From Octopus bimaculoides (Eukaryota): DNA of 64,000 bases. Position numbers and translations under genes: made by a program. Numbering within the stretch: position 1 is the stretch's first letter; the number at the start of each line of letters is the position of its first letter. The notes beneath the pieces are model-generated. The model saw nothing but the letters and a program-made list of their open reading frames with translations. It was not told the origin of the DNA and did no database searches. The DNA is taken from the NCBI RefSeq assembly GCF_001194135.2, contig NC_068982.1, positions 78,553,558 through 78,617,557 on the forward strand. Reading direction: 5' to 3'. Positions 1 to 12,714 of this stretch are shown here, piece after piece.

Positions 1-60
1 TCCCTTTCGGATGGACGTCTTGTGTCTAGTTCTGGAAATTATATTCTATAAATCGACAGA

Positions 61-125
61 CTACGCTGATGATCCTGCAGATATTTACTTATGTAAATTT
101 TAACAGGTGAAACCATGGTACGTAG
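61..125 (+). ncRNA. Minimal type I hammerhead ribozyme motif, intact core
   Basis: Stem I CTACG(61-65)/CGTAG(121-125); CTGATGA 66-72; stem II CCTG(74-77)/CAGG(104-107) with distal ATTTAC/GTAAAT hairpin; GAAA 109-112; palindromic stem III ACCATGGT; GUA cleavage triplet 118-120. Confidence 0.7.
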
Positions 126-273
126 GTTAATCGTTTTTTTTATTTAGTATTGCCCTTTTACAGTCTGCTGTGTCGCTAAATTTTTACTGAGAACATATTT
201 TTCGTGGTTAGATGATTCGGCATCTATTTCTAGCATATAGGAGTCCACTTTTGCTGGTCATTCCTCTTATTTT

Positions 274-318
<45 letters not shown>

Positions 319-589
319 ATCCTCTCCTGATCCACTGGCCATATCAATTCTTGCATCTTGAGGGTTTTGCGCTCACAACTCACTGTCATTCCTTTTTCTT
401 AGATACACCATTCCATTGTTATATAGATACAGAGTAGCCATGTATCTTTTTCATACCCAGACATCTCTGCTGGTCCCTGGCATAAAATCTTTCCACCATT
501 TCAAATATTTCCTCATTTACTTGAGGTGGGACTTTTCCCTTTTCCCTCACTTTTCACTTCATTTCTGTCTTGCAATTTACTTGGCAAAC

Positions 590-790
590 CCACTAGTACC
601 AGTGTCATTGAAAAAAATATTCAGTAAATACTATAAAGTGGTTGGCATTAGGAAGAGCATCTGATCATAGAAACCAAGCCAAACCTGACATAGAATATGA
701 TGCACCTCTATGGCTCATTGTACCCTGTCAAACTGACAAACCCAAACCAGCGTGGAAAATGCACATTAAATGATGATGATGATGATGATA
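590..790 (+). mobile_element. SINE 3' portion with (ATG)n tail
   Basis: Motifs 'gtggttggcattaggaag..catc' and 'ccagcgtggaaaatgcacattaaatgatgatgat' recur at about 1000-1140, 4005-4050, 33740-33900, 46565-46730 and 52430-52620. Confidence 0.6.
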
Positions 791-1880
791 TATCACACTC
801 TCTGTCTCATTCACCTTGGTACATTTGTTTAAGGCCACCTCACCAAGATACTCATGTATTCACTACACTCTACCTATACTCCCTCCCAGGCTGTTTGGTA
901 TTGATACTCATCAATTATCCACCATTTCGTATCCCTCAGGGTCTCACCCCAATCCTCTTTAATGGTAGGGAAGAACAAGTGCACCCAATCCATTCTGTAA
1001 ATTGGTTGGCATTAGGAAGGACGTCCAGAAGTAGACACCAAACCAAACTAAAACTCATAATTTGACTGATCTAGAAGAGCAGCAGTGACCTGTCTAACCC
1101 ATACCAGCATGGAAAGCAGATGTAAAATGACGACAATGACAATGGGCATTGATGATGATGAGGTGGAGGAGGAGGAAGCAAAAGAGAAAGAAGACCACAA
1201 CAACAAGTAGGATTATAATGATGACAATGACAACAACAATGATGACGATGTTGATGATGCAGAGAAGAGGAACAGGATGACAAGAACAATGGAGGGAGAG
1301 GGATGAGGAGAAGAAAGTGGAGGCGGTAGAGGAGAAGGAGTGACATTGAAAATGGCCACCTCTAAAAGTTTAAACATAGAATTCAAGTACAATAAAAGTA
1401 TGAAAAATATTTTCTACCATTTACCAAAACATGAATATTTAATAACTGTATAGGTGTTGGAAGGGAGAGAGAGAGAGAGTGTGTATATGTGTGTGTGCAC
1501 GTGCACTCACACGTGTGCTTGTGTGTATGTATGTGTTTGATTGATTAATTATTTTCAGCTCATCACATTAAGTATTGTAGCATGCACTATGTATTCTGTG
1601 TTCTAACACTAATACCTTTTGGTATTAGTACTGCTTCTGTTGCTATTAATTATATGTATGTATATATATATATATATATATNNNNNNNNNNNNNNNNNNN
1701 NNNNNNNNNNNNNNNNNNNNNNNNNNNNNNNNNNNNNNNNNNNNNNNNNNNNNNNNNNNNNNNNNNNNNNNNNNNNNNNNNNNNNNNNNNNNNNNNNNNN
1801 NNNNNNNNNNNNNNNNNNNNNNNNNNNNNNNNNNNNNNNNNNNNNNNNNNNNNNNNATATATATATATATATATATATAA

Positions 1881-2135
1881 TTACTTAATAGACACAATAC
1901 ATGTGCTACTAATAGTTTCTTGTGCCAAGAACATGCCAAACAAAGTTTTATAACATGTCTGACATCTCAGCAGAGTCATCAGGCACAGCCACATGGCCTA
2001 ACAAATTCGTTATGTTCATTATGCCATGTGGACTGTGCTAAGATATCAGACATGTTATAAAACTTTGTTTGGCATGTTCTCAGCACAAGAAACTATTTGT
2101 AGCATATAAGAATATGTATTGTATCTATTAAATAA
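1881..2135. repeat. Foldback / MITE-like inverted repeat (about 95 bp arms)
   Basis: Left arm 'ttacttaatagacacaatac...catgtctgacatctcagca' is a near reverse complement of 'tgctaagatatcagacatg...gtattgtatctattaaataa'; an inner IR cacagccacatggc / gccatgtggactgtg is also present. Confidence 0.8.
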
Positions 2136-2389
2136 TATTTATCTCTCACCAGATGGAATAATTGTTTTGTTGATCTTACCATCATGGAACAGTGCATTAT
2201 CATCAGTGGATCATATATCCCCCAAAAAAAGATCACTCTAAAAGTTAAAGTAGCATGAAGTTAAATATATGTTCTATGGATGCAAAACCATTGGTGACTC
2301 TATGATTGAAAATATATTTAACTTCATGTTAATATATATATATATATGTATAATATAAACACACACACACACACATGCATATACGTATG

Positions 2390-3735
2390 ATGGTCGTCCA
2401 CTCAATACAAGACTTGATCTCCTCAATGTACTTGATGATCATTTGTGACATAAAATCTTATGTGGCTATTTAGACCAGACATGCAAGTTTTAGTTTTGGT
2501 ACAGCTTGAACTGTCTGTGGTGTCTGATCTTGTTGAATCTTGAGATGTTTCAGCAGATCACCTTTAGATGTGCAGATGATGTGTCATATGTAGCATAGAT
2601 AAGGGTGAACTGATAGGTATGTTGTACAATCAGCATGAATTGGCCTATTGTGTGCTGTTATATAAGATTTAAATCCAGCTTCAGAGAGACAGATTTTCCC
2701 ACAAAATGTACCAGAAGAAAATGCTTCACAAAGCTCATATTCCCTTTCTGGCTGTATTTTTTTCCCTCTCAATATTTATCTGTATAAGTCTGTTTTGCTC
2801 AAAAGTTTTCACACCATCATATATCTTTGAATGTTAGGTAGAGTAATCTGCTGTGAGACTTATCAGTTTTTGTTTTTTTTTATCAATTCCTACATTCCTC
2901 AAATTCTCCTTCAATGCATCCTTAAACCTTTTTTTTTATTATTTGGCCTACACTGTTTCCTTTTTCCCTGAACATAAAAGCAATTGCTTAGTGATACACT
3001 AGTCAGCCATGCAGACAATATGTTCAGACATTTGCAGTTGATTTTCTAAAACTATTACCTGGATGGAACAAATACCAGATGATTTTCATTTTATTTTCAG
3101 AACACAGCATATGCATTTTGAGGGAATGGTTCCAGGAGTCCAAAGTGAAGTTTGGACGAGTTTCAGAGGAGTAAAGAAGAGAAGATAACACAAAGGATTT
3201 ATAAACATATTTTTGTTTCATTGATATATCTTTGTGACCAGAGGGAGACTGTATGCTACCAAAAGTCTTTCCTGCCTTTTGAAACCTTAGAGATATTTCC
3301 AAACCCAATGTTCCATTTTATTCACTACACTCCCAAAGTATATGAAGAATTCAACAACCTTAAAATTATTCTTTACATGTATTCTAGGTTGCTGCATAAC
3401 TTGACCAGAGGCAGTTGAGATAAAATTACTGTTTTCTTTAAATTTATAGTCGAACTAAAGATATCACACATCAAATCAAATGCAGAAATTAATGATTGCA
3501 GTCCATGCTCTGTATGACTGATAATACAGTAGGCCTCGTATTAGTGATGCAAGTACTTTGCTCTTAAATTTCATCCTTGCTAAATTAAAGATACTTCCTG
3601 TGGTACGATATCTTATATGTGCCCCCACATTTTTGTTTTGAAGAACATGATATAGCATGACAGCAAAATATATTGCAAAGAGAGTAAGTCCATCAAAATC
3701 TCCTTGTTTCACACCATTCTCTACTGTAACAAACA
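2390..3735 (-). mobile_element. Decayed RTE-clade LINE (RT and C-terminal region)
   Basis: VENGVKQG..LFAIYFAVML..GAHIRYRTTGSIFNLARMKFKSKV..LIRGLLY matches the RTE/BovB-type RT; C-terminal CGKICLSEAGFKSY..H motif at 2584-2772; many stops. Confidence 0.75.
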
Positions 3736-3954
3736 CACACACACACATTAATCAGCAAAAAGCTGAGCATTTTCTTGTGGTGCTTATCAAGCAAGGTAAA
3801 TTTCTTAAGTGCCACACTTGAATTGCTTTTGTAACTTTCTGTCAAATAAATAACAAATAAGTATGAATAATTTTGTATTGAGCTCTCTTTCTCCTGTTTG
3901 TCCTTCTAAACCTACAAATACACACCCATGTATGTACATATGTATTTGTATATA

Positions 3955-3989
<35 letters not shown>

Positions 3990-4057
3990 TCATATATATA
4001 TCAGTCCAACCCATGCTAGCATGGAAAGTGGACGTTAAACGATGATGATGATATATC

Positions 4058-4097
<40 letters not shown>

Positions 4098-4167
4098 GAG
4101 TGAGAGAGTGAGTGAGAGAGATAGGTGTAGATATAGAAATATATGCAGGCCATTATTTTTTGTCTAG

Positions 4168-4273
4168 GAACTTTATTTTGGCTGCTGGCATTATTATCGT
4201 AGCCATATGGAATGTTGATTTAATATCACCAACCCCTGGTGAAGTAGAGGATCTTGGGAAATATAACCTAGTG
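4168..4273 (+). CDS. Candidate coding exon (hydrophobic, TM-like) of an unidentified gene
   Basis: Acceptor ttattttttgtctag, donor GTAAGT; the only open frame reads NFILAAGIIIVAIWNVDLISPTPGEVEDLGKYNLV (phase 2 to 0); not repeat-like. Confidence 0.5.
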
Positions 4274-4486
4274 GTAAGTATCTGATTGCACCTACTTCTA
4301 ACCCCACTTCAATCTCTGTCACTATAAATACATACATACATATTCATACACACACACATACACACACAAATGTATGTATTTATGTATGTATTTATATATG
4401 TATGTATAATAGATAGATATATGCATGAATTTACATAAATATATATTCATCTCCCCCCCCCTTCTCTCTCTCTCTCTCTCTCTCTG

Positions 4487-4557
<71 letters not shown>

Positions 4558-4724
4558 TAGCTGTTTATCTGTTTAGATCTGATCAACAAGAAACTTAATA
4601 TATTCCATGCATGATATGAAAAGACCATACCAGTTGGCTGGTGTAGCCATGAATGCATCAACTATTTCTTTCTCTAAAGTATACATTGCCTAAGCTTATC
4701 TTTATTACTATTATTATTTTCTGA

Positions 4725-5050
4725 TTGATTTGCATTTTATTTCATCTTCTGGCTGGGTCTCAACCAGGGACCTAAGGCACTTATATATTTGATAGAGAGA
4801 AATTTCCTCGGAAGGTGAGAGGTTGATGTCAGCACAATTTTTTGAATTATGTAGATTGTTGGTTTCCTTGGGATCTCTTCAAAAATTTTGTTGGTACTTT
4901 TCTTGATCATTCCCAGTGTACCCACAACAACAGGGATGGTTTTGTTTTTTTAATTACCTTGTCCTAGATATCTCAATTTCAATGTTCTTGTATTTTGATA
5001 GTTTTTCAAGTTCTTTTGCTGAGATGTTTCTATCAGTGGACACTGTCGGA
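4725..5050 (-). mobile_element. R4/Dong-type LINE 3' fragment (restriction-like endonuclease end)
   Basis: Translates to ..KELEKLSKYKNIEIEIS.. and GTLGMIKKSTNKIFEEIPRKPTIYIIQKIVLTSTSHL; TTA-rich tract at 4702-4718 on its 3' side. Confidence 0.75.
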
Positions 5051-5322
5051 GACAATGTCTGATCTGTTATCATTTATTTGTCTGCCTGTATGTATGTATG
5101 TATCCCATAATCCCATAGGATGGTGACATTCTCTCCCCTGAATTTGCTGGCCTTGTACCAAAATTTGAAACCATTATTATTATTATTACTGAGTGAGAGA
5201 GCAGTGCATGTCATCAAAGTGACACTGGGGTACAAACAGACAAAGTCCAATATACCTATTGTGACTACCCAGCTAATAAGGATACACCAGGAACATACAT
5301 TACCACCTATTATCATTACTAT

Positions 5323-5500
5323 TAAAGTGGTGAGCTGGCAGAATCATTAGCACTCTGGGTGAAATGCTTAGCAGTATTTTGTTTATCTTTACATTCTGGG
5401 TTCAAATCCCGCCATGGTCGGCTTTACCTGGGATTGATGTAATCAACTGGTCACCTCCCACAAAATTTCAGGCTTTGTACCTTTAATAAAAAGGATTATT
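5323..5500 (+). mobile_element. Short tRNA-derived SINE (family B)
   Basis: Head 'ggtgagctggcagaatcattagca' and B-box-like 'gttcaaatcc'; copies at 30545-30770, 46075-46290 and 55950-56140. Confidence 0.7.
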
Positions 5501-5568
5501 TTTATTGTTGTTGTTGTTGTTATTATTATTATTATTATTATATTATTATTATTATTATTATTATTATA

Positions 5569-5760
5569 TACTCTTTTACTTGTTTCAGTCATTTGACTGC
5601 GGCCATGCTAGAGCACCGCCTTTAGTCGAGCAAATCGACCCCAGGACTTAGTCTTTGTAAGCCTAGTACTTATTCTATCGGTCTCTTTTTGCCGAACCAC
5701 TAAACCCGGAACCATGTGGTTGGTAAGCAAGCTACTTACCACACAGCCACTCCTGCGCCT
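5569..5760 (-). mobile_element. tRNA-derived SINE (family A), internally deleted
   Basis: Head aggcgcaggagtggctgtgtggtaag..ccggg is joined directly to the tail agtggttcggc..gtcaaatgactgaaacaagtaaaagag; compare the full copies at 12116 and 16592. Confidence 0.85.
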
Positions 5761-6255
5761 ATATGCTTGACTTTTGCTTTGAATTTGTACAAATTAACTC
5801 CAAGTCTCACCCAGCGACCTCAAGAGACAACAAGTTAGAAGTTCAAGTTAGTATTATGCCTAGGGTGTCATATATTTGGTTTTTGCACATAGTATTGTTG
5901 TAGAGAAGGTCTAGGAAAACATAAGAAAATTATGAGTTTGTTTTAAAATTTGAGATTACATTGACAGTATTTTACGTAGGATATGGATAGTTTCCATGAG
6001 CACTATCTTTTGAATTTCTGCCATTTTGGGGTTTCCTGGTATCTGAGCTAGGTAGCAATCAGCCCCTTTTGCTATCATTCCTAGGGAACTTATGACAACA
6101 GGTAGTGTTTTAGTCTTGAAGTTCCACATTTTGCCAATTTCTATTTCAAGATCTTTATACTTGCTCAGTTTTTGGAAGGTCTTGACAGATACATTTATGT
6201 CAATTGGGACAGTCATATCAATGAGGAAGCATGATTTTTGTCTGAAATCTTTTAT
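5761..6255 (-). mobile_element. R4/Dong-type LINE 3' end, 5'-truncated
   Basis: ORF 5956-6216 (TVPIDINVSVKTFQKLSKYKDLEIEIGKMWNFKTKTLPVVISSLG..LRKILSM) is the REL endonuclease C-terminus; (TTA)n tracts lie on both sides. Confidence 0.85.
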
Positions 6256-6790
6256 TTTTATTATTATTATTATTTTAATATTTAATTGAAATTCTCAATT
6301 ACTCTCATTTGAGAAGAATTAATTTATCTGAAAATACAGTAAATGTTTAGAGGTCTAATATTTCTGGTTTCTTTTTTTAGATTTGATTTTTAATTTCCAT
6401 TTAAACAGTGAGAAAAAGGTATCTATGCCTGGTTAGTTTCAACTCTGATAGGTTACAGGTGCAAAATGAGTATGAGGAAGATGTAGTGGGAATGACAAAG
6501 GGGGAAGAAATGGGTTTACTGAGTTTTTATTATTGTTTAGCCCCAGGTATGTCCTAATGAAGCAGACCTATGATCAAAGTCATTCCAGCAATACTGACCT
6601 ATGGTTAACAGATGTGCCAGGAACCTAGGACCAATATCCAATGTGTTCTTTTCTAAGAGTGTAAAGTGTGTTTTGAGTGAGATTTGGTGACTATTTTTAG
6701 CAGGTCAAGTAATCATGTAGAAGCTCCCTTGTTAGTTCAGGGTGCACAAAGTAGCAGTGGTAGAATTGTCTGAGTTCTTACAACAACAGC

Positions 6791-6852
<62 letters not shown>

Positions 6853-6866
6853 CAGCAGCAGCAGCA
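6791..6866. repeat. (TAG)n(CAG)n microsatellite
   Basis: Directly visible. Confidence 0.95.
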
Positions 6867-6869
6867 ATA

Positions 6870-8900
6870 GCTTGGTCATAGAGTATTGATAAATTTATGA
6901 CATCTTACTTTGAAGTTTCCATCCATGCAATTCAAGAACAAGCGATCGCCACCAAGTACCTACAGGTACCTAAAAGGTAGAAAAGTCTAACAGAAGAAGT
7001 TGACTATATTGAGACTAATGGGTCAAAAGAAAGTTGGTGGAATTATTCTCTTCATGGCTTGCATATTTTGTGCCAAGCACCCATGCATTATCCTCTCAAG
7101 TGAACGTGTCCATTCTTTTTATTTATTTTTTTTTTTTTTGATAAATAGAATTTACCAATGCTTGAAGGAGAGAGTTGCATCACTTCTTATTTCATGCCTC
7201 TCAAGATAGTTACTGGTCTCTTTCCTTTGCTGCTGATGTTGCTTCAGTGTCACAATACATGCTTCATATGACATCAATACAGATTTGAAACCACAATCCT
7301 TGCATGGGATATATAGTGTGTCTACATCACTATTGTTGTTTAAGTTTCCAGCCATATCGAGCAGCTTACAAGTTTATACATCTATCTCATTGAGCTCTTG
7401 TAGTAAACAGTTCAGAAAGCCAAATGTAGGTGTGAAGACAAGTTTTGCAGGTATGGGCAGTAGGCTTATTACAAGCTGAGAGTTCAGATGACCACATTTC
7501 TTTTAACCTCTTGAAGTACTCATTCCTCATCGGCTCCTTATTGATGGTCCATCATAGCTGACATTCTCATTCTGTCTAAGAGTTTTGTAGCTTTCCTCTA
7601 AGCTGTATACTAGGTTGTCCATGTTTAATGTCTTGGATAATGGCTCAAGTTTGATACATTTTACAACCAAAAGTAAACATTTGGATTCATCAAATTTTAT
7701 TCCAATGTCTTCAGAAAATTGGGTTATGAGATCCAGTTGCTTTTTGACGTGATTAATATTTGGCCCTACAGCTTCAGGTTATCAACAAAAATGGGTGAGA
7801 AATATTATTGGACCCATTTCTATAGCTACTGTGTTTTGGGATTAGGTATGACAAGTGGTTAGATAAAAGAACAAAGAGCAGTACTGACAAGCAATCTCCC
7901 TGAAGGATGCCTTTTTGGTAGTGTATGGTGTTGGATTTGATGTCTTCATTGTTGTCTCTCAGGAGTAGGGAGGTGTACCAGTTTTTGCTTAGGTGGTAGA
8001 TGGCAGCTATTGGTGGTGGTGGTGGTTCTTTGGCTATTTGCAGTCCCTTGATAACCCATCCATGTCGTATATTATCAAAAGCTTTTTGGTAATCCAACCT
8101 TATCATAGCCAAGTTTCTGTGGATTCTTGTTTCATTATGACAGTAGGTGCTCAAAACACTCCAACACTTCCTTCTTTCCCCCAGCTTGTTCAAGTTATAA
8201 TATTGTTGGTGGTACAATGGTCCTGTAGAAACAAGTTGAGACAACCAATGTACATCTTATACATAGTGTTTTGACAGACTGTTGCAAGGTGGGAATTTTT
8301 AGCTTCAGTGGTTTGGCTATTTTATGGAATAAGAAGGGTAATGACTGTTGACAGCCATAAGGGTACATTTAATGTGCCCTTGCTACTCTTCTCAAACAGT
8401 CTTATTAAACGTCACTGATAGATGTTGAGATATTTAACCGCTATCCCATAGTAAGATGCGGGCATAAGGATTTCCTGGTTGGTATTTTTTTCTTTTTTCA
8501 GCACTGTTTCAAGCACTGCACCATGAGTCTCATAGAGTTTTTGTGTAACATGCTTGCAGTATTCCTGTTCTAACTCATCCATCCAAACAACATTTTCTTT
8601 GAATCTGTCATTCTTTTCCCAAATTCATCTCCAGTAACTTTCCATTTGTTCTGTTGATGGGATGGTTTTTACTGATATTGTATTATTTTTCTTGAAGCTG
8701 CAGAAGACTGATTTGGGATCTTTAGCAAACAATCTATTCAGTGTTTTCTGTTTATACAGCTTTATATTCTAGTTTCTCAGCTGTTGCTGGTGGTTTTTGT
8801 TTCAGCTGATGAGTTTAAGGTTTTAGTATTTGATTCCTCATACTGCTTCCCTTGTTTATCTTTTAATCATTTTTGACTTTTTGTGAATTTATTGATAGTG
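6870..8900 (-). mobile_element. Decayed R4/Dong-type LINE (RT region) with an inverted terminal piece
   Basis: LDYQKAFDNIRH.W..GILQGDCLSVLLF at 7774-8244 and SDVDTLYIPCKDCG at 7152-7355 on the minus strand; FMTSYFEVSIHAIQEQAIATKYL on the plus strand at about 6885-6965. Confidence 0.8.
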
Positions 8901-9025
8901 TTGCACTACGTAACTATGATAAACTATAAGATAGTTCTTTGAAGAAACAGAATTTATTTTTCAAGTTGTGAAACAGTCTTGGCTCCAAATGTTTACCTCT
9001 GTTTTTATTAAGCGACCCCAGCTAA

Positions 9026-9250
9026 ATATGTATGTATGTGTGTGTGTGTATGTATGTGTGTGTGTATGTATGTATGTATGTGTGTGTATGTATTATGCGT
9101 GTGTATGTATGTATGTATGTGTGTGTATGTATGTATGTATGTGTATGTATGTGTGTGTATGTATGTATTATGCGTGTGTATGTATGTATGTATGTGTGTG
9201 TATGTATGTATGTGTATGTATGTATGTGTGTGTATGTATGTATGTGTGTG
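9026..9250. repeat. Compound (TATG)n/(TG)n microsatellite
   Basis: Directly visible; the variant 'tattatgcgtg' occurs twice about 77 bp apart. Confidence 0.95.
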
Positions 9251-9358
9251 GATGTATACATGCACAAAATTATGTATGAATGCACATATTGTGCACAATA
9301 AATTATAAGATATCTTGTGATGATGATATCATAAACATATATATATATACACACACAC

Positions 9359-9398
<40 letters not shown>

Positions 9399-9674
9399 TG
9401 TTTGCATTTATGAATATATGTGTGTGGATGTATGAGTGTGCATATGCATGTGAGTATGTATGTGTATGTTTCTGTGTGTGCGTGTGTGTGTCTAATATTT
9501 CATAAGATTTGATATCTTGTAATGATGATTTTATCTTTTATTTGGCTTATTTTCAATATTTTCAAGGTCCTTATTATATCTTTTACATAATATTTACTCC
9601 CATACTCTCTCTCTCTCTCTCTCCCTTTCTCTCCCCCCCTCTCTCTCCATCTTCACTTTTCTCTTTTGCTACAG

Positions 9675-9764
9675 GCCTTTTCTCTTGTTACTTTATATTT
9701 TGAGGGAAGATACATTCTTAACTTTATGTCTGATGCAATTCTGATCTGTAGTTCTTGCAACATA
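9675..9764 (+). CDS. Candidate coding exon
   Basis: Acceptor ctcttttgctacag, donor GTATGT; AFSLVTLYFEGRYILNFMSDAILICSSCNI (phase 0 to 0), compatible with exon 4168-4273. The pyrimidine tract is partly (CT)n and the antisense frame is also open. Confidence 0.3.
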
Positions 9765-10152
9765 GTATGTAGCATTGGAAACATGTTTGGATTGTTAGAA
9801 AAGTCTTGGCAAAAACTGATTGTATTAACCAAAATTTAACCAATATGATATATCATCATCATCATCATCATCATCATCGGTTTAACATCCACTTTCTCAT
9901 TCTTACACGAATCAAAAACATACATACATACACACATACATACATGTGTGTGTGTGTGTGTGTGTGTTTTCTATGGTTTGAAGCCCTTTCTGTCACAGAC
10001 CCTTACCTATTTCTAAGCAAGGTAATTTTTCCACATGGCTGGGCATGTTTCATGGAAGCCTGAAGATGAAGGAACAGCTTATACGATGGTGATACTCCTT
10101 TTACAGCTATCACAGTGTCAGGATGGAGAGACAAGCACACACACACACACAC

Positions 10153-10253
<101 letters not shown>

Positions 10254-10523
10254 TATATATATATTCACATATACTCACATATACATATATGCATATATAT
10301 ATACTAACATATATACAATGGCTTTTTACAGTCTCCATCAACCAATTTCTCTCAAAAGACATTTAATCAGTCTGAAGCTATAACAAAAAACACTTGTCCA
10401 AGAAACCATGCAGTGGGATTGAACCTGAAACCATGTTGTTGAGAAGTAAACTTCTCATATGTACAGCCATGCCTGCACATAACAGGTAAGTTTATATTTT
10501 TGCCACCATGGATAATATCAGGA

Positions 10524-10554
<31 letters not shown>

Positions 10555-10603
10555 TGCGCACACACACACATACATACATACATACACACACACTCACATG
10601 CAC

Positions 10604-11845
10604 ACAAGGTTTGACTAAAAAGTTCTTAGGCTGACCAAGATACTCTCATGGAATGAGACCAAATGAGGTTTATGTTTCAACATAGTCCCCCTTGCAGTTG
10701 TTGCTATGCTTGGATCCCATTGATGAAGAAGCTTTTGTCATGTTGCTCAAAAAAGTCATCAACAACAGATGCAACATCATCATTACTGCAATACTAGTTC
10801 TCAGCCAAATGTTTTTTCATGTTGTTGAACAGATGATAGTAAGACGGGGCCAAATCAGGAGAACAGGGTGGCTGATCAACTAGCTCAAAGTCACAGTCAT
10901 GTACAGCAGCCATTGAAACCAACAAGTTGTGTGCTGGAGGATTGTCCTGATCAAACAAGACCCCTCCTATGAGTTTTCCTGGGTGTTTGGTCCAGATAGC
11001 CTTTTATTGCTGCCTCAGCAAGATGGCATAATACTTGCCATTGATTGTGAGGCCCTTGTAAAGATAGCCAGTAAACACAAAAAACTGAAGCCATCACTTT
11101 CCCTGCAGATGGAACAACATTGACCTTCTTTGGAGCAGGTGAGGAAGAGTATTTCCACTGCATGGACTGTTTCTTTGTATCTGGATCAAATTGATGAATA
11201 CAACACTCATCCAGGCTTAGGAAATGTTCGAGGAAACCAGTTGGATCTGACTCAAACAAAGTTAGATTTTGCTATGATGTGATTCAGCCTTGTGCACTTT
11301 TAATCAAGTGTCAGAAAACATGGCACCCATCTAGCAGAAACCTTTATCATGCCAAGTTCACTGTGAAAAACATTCTTAACTCTCGCAAGGGATATGCTAA
11401 CAGCATTGGCTATTTGATCTATAGTCAATCACCTGCCATCTATCACCATGTGGTGAATACAATCAATGTTTTCTTCAGTTGTGGCAGTTGCATGACATCC
11501 AGACCATGGGTCCTTTCAAGACTCTCCCTTCCCCTCCGAAATTCAGCTGCCCATTTTTGCATTGTAGATAAAGCTGGAGCATCAACTATGTCAGCATGAA
11601 TATCCTTGGGGCCTAAACTATTTTTCTGAAGGTACTTGATAACACCACAATGCCATATTTTGTCCATTTCTAGAAAAATTACTTCAAGTTACTTCTGATG
11701 TTTTCTTTGAACAGACAAACATCAGTTTATCTTGAAAGTAACAATGCAGTTATTAATGAGAAAAGTTGAAATTAATGTAAGCAGGATTTCACAGCTCTAG
11801 CATCACTCCTTCATAGTCAGTCTATTAAGTTTTATTTCCACTCTC
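10604..11845 (-). mobile_element. Mariner transposon, decayed near-full-length copy
   Basis: VIKYLQKNSLGPKDIH..KWAAEFRRGRESLE; DECCIHQFDPDTKKQSMQW; SAGKVMASVF; degenerate TIR-like ends (aaaagttcttaggctgacc versus revcomp aaaacttaatagactgact). Confidence 0.85.
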
Positions 11846-12038
11846 AAACAATAATCAGCACAAATGACTAAGTAACTCAAAGACTGAGAGCTATGTGTAT
11901 TGGCACTTATCATGATGACAATATGTATATATAAACATGTATGTGTGTGTATTTGTGTGAGTGTGTATGTATATGAATGTGTGTGTATATGTATGCATGA
12001 GTGTGTATATGCATTATGTTGTTGTGTGTATATATATT

Positions 12039-12115
<77 letters not shown>

Positions 12116-12118
<3 letters not shown>

Positions 12119-12513
12119 CGCAGGAGTGGCTGTCTGGTAAGTAGGTTGCTTACCAACCACATAGTTCCGGGGTCAGTCCAACTGTGTAGCACCTTGGGCA
12201 AGTGTCTTCTTCTATAGCCTTAGGCCAACCAAAGCCTTGTGAGTGGATTTGGTTGATGGAAACTGAAAGAAGCCTGTCGTATATATATTTGTATATATAT
12301 ATATGTGTGTGTGTGTCTGTGTTTGTACCCCAACCATCGCTTGACAACCGATGTTGGTGTATTTGCATCCCTGTAACTTAGCGGTTCAGCAAGAGCCTAA
12401 TAGAATAAGTACTGGACTGACAAAGAATAAGTCTTGGTGTCAATTTGCATGACTAAAGGCAGTACTCCAGCATAGCTGCAGTCAAATGACTGAAACAAAT
12501 AAAAGAATAAAAG
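12116..12513 (+). mobile_element. tRNA-derived SINE (family A), full length
   Basis: Head ggcgcaggagtggctg..ggtaag, central (TA/TG)n tract, tail gtcaaatgactgaaacaaataaaaga. Confidence 0.9.
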
Positions 12514-12680
12514 GCTATATATATATATATATATATAATCCAAGAAAGTCAGGGGTTGTGAATCCAACCCACTAACGGATAATATCTATCCAATATACTG
12601 CTCGGAGGGTACCCAATTATTATTACACTAGTGTTTTTACCATGTGCAATAAATAGGTGCGGGTAAAAGGCGGTTTATTG

Positions 12681-12714
<34 letters not shown>

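Noticed and set aside
108-118. Apparent 11-nt microexon (ttttaacag|GTGAAACCATG|gtacgt)
   Set aside because: It coincides with the hammerhead core and stems, which explain the sequence; there is no independent support.
2155-2215. Minus-strand CTGATGA ... AAAACAATTATT
   Set aside because: G12 is missing, stem II does not pair and stem I is not complementary.
10058-10115. CTGAAGA-TG-AAGGA..TCCTT..ACAGCTATC
   Set aside because: GAAA is absent and there is no stem I; at most a heavily decayed relative.
12116-12200. tRNA-like A/B boxes at SINE heads
   Set aside because: No complete cloverleaf; these continue into SINE bodies and are not tRNA genes.
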